Assembly: GCA_964016885.1 (NCBI GenBank)
Contig: OZ024741.1
Coordinates: 309,628,001-309,692,000 of the forward strand
Direction: 5' to 3'
DNA length: 64,000 nt
DNA from: Eledone cirrhosa
Taxonomy: Eukaryota
Position numbers and translations under genes: made by a program. The notes beneath the pieces were generated by a model. It did not search any database. It saw only the letters and a program-made list of their open reading frames with translations, and was not told where the DNA came from. Positions 25,034-35,949 of this stretch are shown here, in pieces (position 1 is the stretch's first letter; each line of letters starts with the position of its first letter).

Positions 25034-25080
25034 TGCTGACGATCGTTTCTTCCAGACAACTGTCTGGATTCATCAGAGCA
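25034..25080 (-). ncRNA. Minimal type I hammerhead ribozyme
   Basis: TGCT-CTGATGA-a-TCCAGAC-agtt-GTCTGGA-a-GAAAC-gatc-GTC-AGCA: complete core, stems I-III and GUC cleavage site. Confidence 0.88.
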
Positions 25081-26043
25081 TAGGCAATGTTTAAACTAGT
25101 AATTACATTCCTAGTCTTTAGAACATTCATTAAGATACAATATTATGAACAGTGTCAGTGACATCATATTGAAAAGCAAGAGTAACAAAATGATATTGTA
25201 GTGAACTGATAGAAAAATATCGGGAGCTGTTATAAAGAGGTTATTACTCAAAGTGATTATAAGCATATTATAGAGAAAGTTATGCATAAAGGTAATACAA
25301 GTGCAAAAAGATATCAAGCAAATACATATAATAGTAAAAAGATATAGTATTGAAAGGTGTTATAAGGGTATATGAAGCAAAATATACAGAATATTAATAA
25401 AAGCATGTATAAGGTAAGACAGAAAGTGACTATATCAAGCTTATTACATACAGAATGTTAAAAGTGGCTGCATTATGGTAAAAATAGATATGAAATTATA
25501 GGATATATATAAATGTTATGTAATGTGAATAATATAAGTAATATAAGACAAGTTAGTAGCATTCAAAAATGTTTATATTAGAGTTAATGTAGAAATGTTT
25601 GTTGGATGTAAAGTATATATATAAATAAATAAATATAAATATATATAAATCAGGAAAGAAGAGTGACACGGTTTGCTATACAAAAAAGGTTTTTAATCTC
25701 ATTGCTGACAATTGTTTCTCTGAACTGGTAGGTCTAGAGATCGCTATCCGCTTATTTTCACGTTACTCGATCGCCAATACAAAGTTATAACCAGTCAGTT
25801 CATTGGAGCTTGCGAGAATGAAAAGAATATACAGGCTACAATATGTAGTAGTAATGGCATTCAGTCAGAACAATAACAACAATATCAACAATGCTAGCAA
25901 TAAATTATTTGAAATAATCACAACATAGGTGGGAAGTATAGTATATCTACGATTTTAGCGTGTAAAACTAGCTGACATGAGGCAGATGTGTAAAATTGAC
26001 ATGTAAAAACTGCCGTAGGGTGTATTATATCTAGTGATCCAGC

Positions 26044-28014
26044 GTGAACTACATAAAAAAATACAAAAAAACAAATGAATCTACACTCACCAGCATTAAC
26101 GTGGAGGGTCTCAGGATAGTAAATAAACTCGGAATTCCCGATAGGACAGAGCCTCTAACCCCATGCAACCCCACATTTAACCTGAAGGATCACAAAAATA
26201 ATTTTGAAACAAACCCTACTATTAGATTAATATGCCCATCCAAGTCAGACATAGGCAAAATTAGCAAGAACATTCTAGATAGGGTAATCGCACAAATAAA
26301 GGGTAAACTAGAAATCAATTTATGGGGTAACACTAACGAGGCGATTGAATGGTTCAATAAAATACAAAATAGGGAGACGTGTAACTTCATACAATTTGAT
26401 ATAGACGACTACTATGCGTCCATATCCCCAGCCACCCTAGATAAAGCGCTTATATTTGCCCAAAATAACTCCGATCTTACCCCTGAGGAAATTGAAATAA
26501 TAATAGCGGCTAGAAGGACTATCATAAAATTTGAAAATAGCTACTGGGTAAGAAGAGATAGGATAAACAGCTTCGATATAACAATGGGATCAAATGACTC
26601 TGCGCAAATCACTAACATCGTGGGGCTATTCATAGCACACAACCTACATAAGGAATTCAGTAACCTCCAAGGAGGGATTTATAGAGACGACACACTCCTT
26701 ATAGCTAAGAACTACAACCAGAGCATGGAAAGATTAAGAAAAAACATTAGAACATTCTTCAAAAAACTAGGCCTAAGTATTACCTACGAACTGAACCATA
26801 AGAAGGTAAACTTTCTAGATGTGACTCTAAATCTAAATACGGGATTAATAGAACCTTTCCACAAAAATAATGAAAATCTGGCCTACATTAGTTATAACTC
26901 AAACCAGCCCAAATCCATAATCAGATCCATAGCACGTAGTATATCCCTTAGAATATCCCGCTTATCCTCAAACCTAGAAATCTTTAACGAACATGCTAAC
27001 TATTATAACGCAACATTACATAGGGCCGGACATAAAGATAAACTGCAGTATATAGCGAATAAAGACAACTTAAACAAACCCAATAGCAACTATACCAACC
27101 GCTCACACAAAAATAGAGGTAACTGGACTAGACATAGGGTTAGGCACGTAGCACCTAGAGTGAATGGTCAAAACACTAATAACGTAAACCCAAGAAACAA
27201 TAGAAGAATCAGAGAAAGAAAATACCTATGGTTCAACCCAATCTTCAACTCCTCTGTAAAAACCAGACTGCCTTCTACATTCTTTAAACTAATAGATAAA
27301 CACTTCCCTATTTCACATAGATATTATAAAATACTCAATAGAAATACTATAAAACTCTCATACTCTTCGGCAGCAAATATAGAATCGCACATACGCAAGA
27401 TCAACCACAGAAATATCTCTAGGGAATCAGCCCCACCTATGCGCAACATAGCACCAAATTATAAGCATAAACACATCACAGTATCACAACCGCAAGCACA
27501 TACAAGCGCGCAGCAGCAAAACCCCAACGGGCATGAATCACAACCCACTTATAGCAGTGTAGAAGCTGCACGAAATCACACCTCAAACTGTAACTGTCAC
27601 CTACTGGATAGGTGCCCATTGGCGAATAGATGCCTCGATTCGAGCCTAGTGTACATGTGTACGGTCAACTCAGACAACTCCACTTGGCATTACATTGGAT
27701 CCACCGTGGGTACTTTTAAAAAAAGATGGTATGTGCACAGGCACTCGATGAAAAATCGTGCACTTATGGGTTCTACAACCCTCGCCAAAAAAATATGGGA
27801 ACTAAAGGACAGCAACACTAGCTACAGTATCAACTGGTCGAGGTTGTCAGCCGCTAAAACCTACAGTACAGGTATGTCCCACTGTAGGCTATGTGATCTA
27901 GAACTACTGTATATCCTTAGAAATGTAAAAAGGCTACTTAACAACAAGTTAGAAAGATCTATCTTCTGCAGACACAGGATCGCCACGAAATTCATAAGAT
28001 TTAAACCTCCGTGA
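26044..28014 (+). CDS. Penelope RT + GIY-YIG ORF (5'-truncated)
   Basis: LKDHK..RLICPSKSDIG, FDIDDYYASI, TMGS, IYRDD, FLDVTL, CNC..CPL..C, LVYMC..HYIGST..FKKRWYVH and CRLCDLE. Confidence 0.92.
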   Translation: MNYIKKYKKTNESTLTSINVEGLRIVNKLGIPDRTEPLTPCNPTFNLKDHKNNFETNPTIRLICPSKSDIGKISKNILDRVIAQIKGKLEINLWGNTNEAIEWFNKIQNRETCNFIQFDIDDYYASISPATLDKALIFAQNNSDLTPEEIEIIIAARRTIIKFENSYWVRRDRINSFDITMGSNDSAQITNIVGLFIAHNLHKEFSNLQGGIYRDDTLLIAKNYNQSMERLRKNIRTFFKKLGLSITYELNHKKVNFLDVTLNLNTGLIEPFHKNNENLAYISYNSNQPKSIIRSIARSISLRISRLSSNLEIFNEHANYYNATLHRAGHKDKLQYIANKDNLNKPNSNYTNRSHKNRGNWTRHRVRHVAPRVNGQNTNNVNPRNNRRIRERKYLWFNPIFNSSVKTRLPSTFFKLIDKHFPISHRYYKILNRNTIKLSYSSAANIESHIRKINHRNISRESAPPMRNIAPNYKHKHITVSQPQAHTSAQQQNPNGHESQPTYSSVEAARNHTSNCNCHLLDRCPLANRCLDSSLVYMCTVNSDNSTWHYIGSTVGTFKKRWYVHRHSMKNRALMGSTTLAKKIWELKDSNTSYSINWSRLSAAKTYSTGMSHCRLCDLELLYILRNVKRLLNNKLERSIFCRHRIATKFIRFKPP

Positions 28015-28288
28015 ATCAAACCGACGTAACATAGCTTTCAACTAGGATACCCACTACACTGCACGAACCACCACAGAAATATAATCATTAAGTACATTCT
28101 AGCCTTCTTAGTTCTATACCACACTAATGTCTGTAAGTACCTCATCAACCCATAAACATATCTCTTATCAGCTGCTGTCAGCACTTGATCCTAAATCCAA
28201 GAACATTTCAAAATACTACTACAACAGAACTTTACCTTCCTCCTGTTATAATTATAGTCAGCATGTTTTCTCTTTATATGTATGTATG

Positions 28289-28625
28289 GCGGCACATGGC
28301 TTAGTGGTTAGAGCATTGGGCTTGCAATCGAGGTTGTGAGTTCAATTCTCAGACCGGGTCATGTGTTGTTTCCTTGAGCAAGACACTTTATTTCACATTG
28401 CTCCAGTTTACTCAGCTGTAGAAATGAGATGATAGGGACTGGAGTCCATATCATTCCACTGCAAAGTGGTCGTGTAGGTGCCACGGCAAAAAAGCACCCA
28501 GCACTCACTGTAAATGAGGTTGGTGTAAGGAAGGGCATCCAGCTGTAGAAATCAAGCCAGCATCAATTCCTGTCACACCCTTGCAAGCAGGGAAAAGCGA
28601 ACGTAAAATGAAATGATGATGATGA
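28289..28625 (+). mobile_element. tRNA-headed CORE-like SINE (family B) with RTE-derived tail
   Basis: TGGCTTAGTGG A box, GAGTTCAATTC B box and CCTTGAGCAAGACACTT core; 3' end CCCTTGCAAGCAGGGAAAAGCG..(GAT)n shared with the LINE end at 18969. Confidence 0.85.
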
Positions 28626-29492
28626 ATGATGTATGTATGTGTATATATATATATATATATATGTTTGTGTGCATGTGTATATATATATATATATATTGCC
28701 TCCTTACCCTCTGTATTAACTTGCTCATTATTTAGCTTCTTTGTTAGTGTTGTCTTATACATGTATGTTATTGATGATGAGAAAGCTAGACAGCCCTCTC
28801 ATCTAATATAAACCACACAAATTCCACTACAGTGATAAATCCTTCATCTGTCAGATAAAAACCGACTATTATGACCTACATTGTTTAAAGACACCAGCTT
28901 ATCTTTACACTAGATATAATACACCCTACGGCAGTTTTTACATGTCAATTTTACACATCTGCCTCATGTCAGCTAGTTTTACACGCTAAAATCGTAGATA
29001 TACTATACTTCCCACCTAGATTGATGTTGTGATTATTTCAAATAATTTATTGCTAGCATTGTTGATATTGTTGTTATTGTTCTGACTGAATGCCATTACT
29101 ACTATATATTGTAGCCTGTATATTCTTTCCATGCCTGTATATTCTTTTCATTCTCGCAAGCTCCAATGAACTGACTGGTTATAACTTTGTATTAGCGATT
29201 GAGTAACGTGAAAATAAGCGGATAGCGATCTCTAGACCTACCAGTTCAGAGAAACAATTGTCAGCAATGAGATTAAAAACCTTTTTTGTATAGCAAACCG
29301 TGTCACTCTTCTTTCCTGATTTATTATTACTCCAAGTGTTTACAACATAGGAATTACAGCGTACTTGCAGCATCACTATGGAAACGCCTTGTTGAGTCAA
29401 ACTTAGCCAAGCGTTGATATCATCCACTACCTGGAGTACCATAACTGGACTACACCTAAGTGGACTACATATAACAATAATTTCTTACCCCG

Positions 29493-29527
<35 letters not shown>

Positions 29528-29621
29528 AGTAAACAGAACAAAAAAACAAAAAAAAAACGTGGAAGCGAAGAGGCAATACAAATGTTATTATTATTAGTTT
29601 CATACTTGAGAGTGGGGGGTG

Positions 29622-29659
29622 GGGGACGACCTTTCGGGCATGAGTCCTTCATCAGGAGA
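29622..29659 (-). ncRNA. Degenerate hammerhead motif at the end of a Penelope-like 3' UTR remnant (29590-30350)
   Basis: CTGATGA-aggactcatgccc-GAAA-ggtc-GTC. Confidence 0.5.
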
Positions 29660-30369
29660 AAAGTGGGTAGGGAGAGTTCCGAGGTTGTATGGGGGAGTGG
29701 TGGAAAGACATTTTAAAAAATGATTAAAAAAAGGTGGGGAGAGAAAAGGGAGGAAAAAAATCTTTTATAGAGGGTAAAAAAATTTTTTTTAAATAAAAAG
29801 AAACAAGTGGTGAAAGGGAGTGAGGCGTGTAGGGGTGGTAGTGGGGGGAGAGGGAGACGGGGGGTCCGAGCGGGGAGGAATGAAGGTGGTATGTGTGTGT
29901 ATGTGAATGCGAGAGTTGGGGGAAGAATGAGGTTCCATGTGCAGGTAAAAGGGAAACCGGTGTGTACATAGGGTGGGGTGTAAGTCGGTGTGTGTGTGCG
30001 TTTGGATGGAGAGGGATGGGGGAGAGGGGGCGTCTGGAGGCTGAGTGTGTGTATGTGAGGATACGCACGTGTGTGTGTGTTTTTATATGTGGTGTGAATG
30101 TATGGGGGCGTGGTTCGAAAATAATGTAAATGTTTGTTGGTGTGTATGTTCCTTGGGTATTTCCACGGAGTGTGAGACCAGATGTTGGAGAATCTGCACG
30201 TGGTAGGATGCATAGCTGGAGCGATGACCGGTGGTGTAAAATGCTGGTATGGTAGTGAGGAAGTGGAGAGATGTGGGGTGTGTGCGCATAGGAAGTGGTC
30301 AGAGGGTCAAGGCAGGGTGAAGAGATAGCAGTAAGCAGTAGAGGAGGATGACAGGTAATATATATATAT

Positions 30370-30650
30370 CGTCGTTGTCGTTTAACGTCCATCTTCCATG
30401 CTAGCATGGGTTAGACGGTTTTGTTCCATTTGATGCGGGATTGGTAGGGAGACCGTGTCTCGCTCGTGCGGAACTGTCTCTGGCAGGTTTTCTATGGGTG
30501 GATGCCCTTCCTAACACCAACCACATTTACAGTGTGGACTGGGTGCTTTTTGTTGTGTCACCGACACATGGATGGAAATGGGAGGATGGCGTACGGTGTG
30601 GGGTGTATATTGGGTTAAGAGGTGCCTATTGACTAGGTTTGTATGTATAG
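30370..30650 (-). mobile_element. RTE LINE 3' UTR fragment
   Basis: Matches 56284-56670 (GGATGCCCTTCCTAACACCAACC..., GGTTAAGAGGTGCCTA). Confidence 0.75.
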
Positions 30651-30672
30651 TATATTTTCCTAAGAAAAAAGT

Positions 30673-30715
30673 GGCAGTGACTTCGAAGTTTCAACAATGG
30701 TGCCTCTTCAGACAC
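30673..30715 (-). ncRNA. Hammerhead-like motif within a small inverted repeat
   Basis: CTGAAGA-ggca-ccat-tgtt-GAAAC-ttcgaa-GTC; stems I and II are weak. Confidence 0.55.
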
Positions 30716-30850
30716 CTGTCTGTAAGCAGCCTAATGACGCAGCATCACCATAATTGAAGTCACTGCCATCTTTTTCTTCTGAAAATAAAACTTTATATTC
30801 TGATCACCAGGGTTTATTCTAAGTTTTCTTTCTTAAATGACCATTCTCAG

Positions 30851-31006
30851 TTTCAGATTAAATGAAGAGACTGAAAACCAAGATAGTGACGCCAAAATCA
30901 AATCCCCGCCACCACCGTTATCCTCAATAATGACAAAAACAGTTGAGGTTGTTGACACTTTAAAGTTTCTCTGGCTCAACAACATCTCTAAATCAGAACT
31001 AATCAA
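30851..31006 (+). CDS. ERMARD: ERMARD-like exon (FRLNEETENQDSDAKIKSPPPPLSS...SKSELI)
   Basis: ctcag acceptor and AA|GTAAGA donor; 156 bp open, phase 2/2; poorly conserved linker region. Confidence 0.65.
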
Positions 31007-31237
31007 GTAAGATAAGTATAGTTTAATTGCTTAATTACCCAGTGGCATGTTTTGTATAGTTACATCATCATCATCATCATCATCACCGTTTAACACCCAT
31101 TTTTCCATACTAGCATCGGTTTGATGAGTTGTCCCATTGTGAGACAAGTCAGATCAGGTTACCATGTCTTGCTCATACAGAACTGGTTCTGGCTTGGTTT
31201 CTACAGCTGGATGTCCTTCCTAATGCTATCTATTTTA

Positions 31238-31420
31238 TTGGCAAAATCGGTAGAGGGTCGGACGCCATGCTTTGCAGCATAGAGTTACGGCCCTTTACGG
31301 CCTGAGTTCAAATTCCGCCGAGGTTAACTTTGCCCTTCATTCTTACGGGGTCGATAAAATAAAGTACCAGTAATGCACTGAGATAATTGCTGGCCATGTG
31401 CCAAAAGTAGAAACAATTAT
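31238..31420 (+). mobile_element. SINE family A
   Basis: Near-identical to the 19390 copy. Confidence 0.85.
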
Positions 31421-32407
31421 TTTCATCTTCATCATTATCATCATCATTGTCATTTTATGTTTGTTTTCCATACTGGCTTGGATTCAATGGGTTCCATTTT
31501 TGGCATGGTTTATACAGCTGGATGTCATTCTTAATGCCAACCATTTAACAGCATGCACTAAATTTATTTTATTGTGTATCCAGTATTATCACTTTACAGA
31601 GTGTACTGGGTGCATTTTTTTAGACACTAGCACTACCACTTTACTGAGTTTAGTGATACCCCATCCCACTCCCACCGACACCACCCTTTCTCTGTAAAGT
31701 TATGTTGGTACCACAACATCCAGTCCAAAATAAATGAGGTCGTGTAGGTGTCACGACAAAAAAAAACACACACAGTCCACGCTGTAATGTGGCTGTGTAG
31801 GTAACACAGTAAAAACCTCCCTGTTCCACACTGTAAATGTGGTTGGTGTTAGGAAGGGCATCCAGCCGTAGAAAACCTGCCAGACAGTCCTATATGAGCG
31901 AGACAACCAATCTTGCCTCAAGTGGGACAATTCCCGTCTAAACCCATGCTAGCGTGGAAGATAGACGTTAAACAATGATGATGATGAGTGAGTAGATTTT
32001 ATCATGGCACCAGCATTACCACTTACAGATTGTACTGGACGTATTATATCATGGCCCCAACAACACCTTAGGTGTACTAGGTACATTTTATTATAAATAC
32101 CACCACCTTCTGATGTGTACTGGGTTCATTTTATCTTGGCACCATCACTAATTATGTCCTGTATATATTGAGAAATATAATGGAAAGGGAGAGGATCATA
32201 ATGGGTGGGGACTATTATCAACATTAATATCCTCCTCATCATCATTATTATTATCAGTTTTTACATTCACTTCTTTATGCATGCATGAGGCAGTTTTTCT
32301 AAGGCTATATACCCTTCCTGATACCATACTTTAAAATATTACAGTCTGTGTGTGTATATATATACACACACAATCATCTATAGTGTGTGACATCCTGAAC
32401 CTTCCTT

Positions 32408-32792
32408 ATCATCATCATCATTTTACGTCCACTTTTCCCTGCTTGCCAGGGTGGGACGGGAACTGATTCTGGCTTGATTTCTACAGCTGGATGCCCTTCC
32501 TAACACCAACCTCATTTACAGTGAGTGCTGGGTGCTTTTTTTCCAAGGTGCCTACACGTCCACTTTACAGTGTGGGCTGGGTGCTTTTTTGCCATGGCAC
32601 CTCCACGACCACTTTGCAGTGGAATGATAGGGACCCCAGTCACTATCATCTCATTTCTACAGCTGTGTAAACTGGAGCAACGTGAAATAAAGTGTCTTGC
32701 TCAAGGAAACAACACATCATCTGGTCTGAGAATTGAACTCACAACCTTTCGATTGCAAGGCCAATGCTTTAACCACTAAGCTATGTGCCTCC
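32408..32792 (-). mobile_element. SINE family B
   Basis: Reverse complement of the 28289 copy. Confidence 0.85.
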
Positions 32793-32811
32793 TTATATAA
32801 ATATATATATA

Positions 32812-33705
32812 CGAGGTGGGTCTGAAAAGTTCCAGGACTGATGTCACAAAAGATTTATTTCAAACCCAAACTTCACACTAAGAGTTTTCTCCTTCAAAGT
32901 AATCCCCCTGGAGTCTAATGTACTTTTCCATCCTTTTCTGCCACGCTTGCATGCACTCCTGGAAGGATTCTTCCGGGATCCTCTGCAGTTTCGTCGTCAC
33001 AGCCTTTTTGATGTCGCCCATGTCTTCAAAACGGGTCCCCTCCGGGTCGTACTCGAAGATCCATGACTCATCACCGGTAATGACTGTCCCTCGCAATTTT
33101 GGTTCGGTTTCAAGACGCTCGAGGATGTCCTGGCACACTTGCATGCATCGACCCTTCTGGTCATCGTTCAGCAGTTTTGGCACCATCTTCGCGCAGACTT
33201 TCCGCATGTCCAAATCTTCAGTGAGAATCTTCCAGACGCTGTCCCGATTCATGCCCAGCTCATTTGCCATCAGTCGAACAGTCAGCCGACGGTCGCTACA
33301 CGCCATCTGCCTGACGCGCTCAACGTTGACCTCAGTCCTGGTTGTTGAGGGCCTTCTGCTCCTGGGGTCATCTTCCATGTCCTCGCGTCCTCCTTTAAAC
33401 CTCTTGCACCACTCAAAAACACATGAGCGTGACATCGTCTCATCCCCATACACTTGCTGCAGCAATCCCAGTGCTTCTGACGGAGTTTTCAAGTTTGTTC
33501 GTTGCTCTGTGCTCATTGCTTGACGACCTGAAACAGAGGACATGTATATAAAATTATGAAGAAAAAAGTTTGATCGCTGCAGAGAGCTAAGATTACAGTT
33601 ACATACTCCAGGGGGATTACTCTGAAGGAGAAAACTCTTAGTGTGAAGTTTGGGTTTGAAATAAATCTTTTGTGGCATGTCCTGGAAGTTTTCTGACCCA
33701 CCTTG
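32812..33705 (-). mobile_element. Mariner element with ~100-bp TIRs and internally deleted transposase
   Basis: TA flanks and long TIRs; ORF MSTEQR..HTH..MVPKLL..TGDESWIFEYDPE fused to GTRFED..WQKRMEKYIRLQGDYFE. Confidence 0.92.
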
Positions 33706-33847
33706 TATATATATATACATATATATATATATATCATCATCATCATCATAATGATGATATATATGGATTGGATTGTACACATACATATGATATATATATA
33801 TCAATAATCTTAATAAATGGAAACAATCTTTATAAAACAATATTTAT

Positions 33848-33903
33848 TTTATTATATATATTTCAAGGGTACCAAAATGTTTGGTACCCTCTCATCAGAT
33901 AAA
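33848..33903 (-). ncRNA. Minimal type I hammerhead ribozyme
   Basis: TTTAT-CTGATGA-g-AGGGTACCAAA-cat-TTTGGTACCCT-t-GAAAT-atat-ATA-ATAAA. Confidence 0.75.
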
Positions 33904-34088
33904 TTACAAAAGTTGTTTTACAGATAGTGATATATTCAAAACAAGAATTTAGCATTTTGAGTTCTGTTTGAATAGTCAAACAGAACTCAAAATGGTAAGT
34001 TCTTGTTTTGAATATGTCACTATCTGTAAAACAACTTTTGTATTTTATCTGATGAGGGCGAACCAAACATTTTGGTACCCTTGAAATA

Positions 34089-35110
34089 TTGGTATATATA
34101 TAAAATTAAGTATGTGTGTGTATGTCTGTGTATTACCTATAGGGGCCTACATCTTACAACCGATTTTCATGAAACTTTATAGGCTCATAGATTAGTCATC
34201 GGAGAGTGTTTTATAAATATCAGCATATGGTTTTTTTATTCCAGGATCATTCTGCAGATAAAAAGCGATATGGGGGGGGAGGGGGTCACCTTTTTTTTGG
34301 TATTGAAAAATAAGATTTTTGGCTCTAGCTCCCACATTTTGCCACCAATTTCATTCAAATTTTAAATCAAAATAGAATTTATCATTGCACATCCTGTAAT
34401 GGCTTTATATTTTGCATTTGTTGTTCAGGGACGGTGTGGCAGCCACTTAAATATTAAAAAATACCACTTTTAGACTCAAATTTCCACTTTTTCGGCTCTA
34501 GCACCCACATTAATCAACCTACTTTGTTCAAATTTTACACTACGCTAGATCTGATTATTTTACGTCTTAAAGTGGCTTTACATTTGGGATTTTTTGTTGA
34601 GGAATGGCGTAGCAGCCACTTAAATATTCGAAAATACCACTTTTTCGTTCAAATTTCCGCCTTTTCGGCTCTCGCCCCCACATTTTTCAACCGATTTCGT
34701 TCAAATTCGAAACTCCCTCCCCCAGCATGCCCTTCATCAGTCAATTTATTTGGTTAAACTTTTATACTATGATAGAACCTATCATTGCACATCTTATAAA
34801 TGGTCAAAGGCAAAACGATGGCCACTGTCGTCGTCTGAGCTTTTAGTTGTGTATTTGAGAATTCATCGGTTTCCAATCAAGTAGCGTGAGGAAATTTGGC
34901 TTAATGTTAGAGGTCATTACCTCCCTCCCCCAACATGCCCCTCTGTCAGTCACCCGCATTTCTCAGTGATAGAGGTCATCACCACCCTCCCCCGCATGGC
35001 CTGTGTGTGGCCATAAATGAGTCATCAAGAAGCAGTCACTAAGATCAACACCTTTTCATCAAAGCAGATATTATTTTACCTACCCAGGCAACGCTGGGTA
35101 CTGCTACTAG
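34089..35110 (+). mobile_element. Non-autonomous Helitron
   Basis: Inserted between A and T with no TSD (the empty site is given by the other palindrome arm); 3' hairpin ACCCAG-gcaacg-CTGGGT then CTAG; internal diverged ~170-bp repeats. The 5' end is TT rather than TC. Confidence 0.8.
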
Positions 35111-35329
35111 TATATAATAAAATAAATATGGTTTTATAAAGATAGTTTCCATTTATTAAAATTATTGATATTATACTCCTGAAGAAATACTGTAGAGTGG
35201 TTCTAATCTGTTATAAACTAAATTTGTTGAATAACCAACAAATGAAATAACTCATTGCTTATGATATATATATATATATATATATACATAAATTTGAGTG
35301 ACTTCCATCTGTCCATCCTTCCGTCACTC

Positions 35330-35440
35330 AATGATTGAGGAAGGAAAGGATAATGACATCACACACTAGAGATGATTGAGGAAAGAAGGGGTGATGAGAT
35401 CACACACTAGAGATGACTGAGGAAGGAAGGGGTGATAACA
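35330..35440. repeat. Three ~41-bp tandem repeats
   Basis: ATGATTGAGGAAGGAAGGGGTGATGACATCACACACTAGAG-like units. Confidence 0.75.
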
Positions 35441-35949
35441 AACAACAGAAACATGTATGTCTGCGAGTGTGTATTTTTGTAAGTGTATCTGTGTTTGCAC
35501 GTTCATAATAATATACTCATACACATGTCAGTGTGTTGAAAAACATTCTAGTATATATGTATTATATTATTTATGTTCATACATGGAACAAAAGTGCTGC
35601 CCAAGGTTTCAAGGCCTAAATTTGACCATACCTCCAGAATACAAGCGGCATCAAATTAGTGACCTTTCTTCCAGTGCTTATATGAGTTTAGAAGATACCG
35701 TTAAAAGTAAAGCATATTAAAAACATGTGTTTACGAAAAACAAATGCAAAAAACTCCAAGATGTAAATTTGAAATTTGAGATCATTCAGGTGTTTGTATT
35801 ACACTGTCGCAGAAGTATTGTATTATGTGGTGGAATGTAATATAGAGATGGTAATATTTATTAAGGTATGAAGTATAGTATTATAGAAAGGGTATTGTAT
35901 TATGTAAGTATGGAAAGAGAAAGAAAAGATATAATGGAAGCATATAAAT

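Larger units (their letters stand above)
25645..29490 (+). mobile_element. Penelope element with inverted pseudo-LTRs
   Basis: About 390-bp inverted repeats at 25645-26036 and 28908-29324 flank the RT/GIY-YIG ORF. Confidence 0.88.
33798..35171. repeat. ~175-bp-arm palindrome (centre 33972-33975) whose right arm is interrupted by a Helitron
   Basis: Arm 33798-33971 pairs with 33976-34088 plus 35111-35171. Confidence 0.9.

Noticed and set aside
29713-30407. His/Pro/Thr-rich ORFs
   Set aside because: They are a compositional artefact of a GT-rich retroelement UTR.
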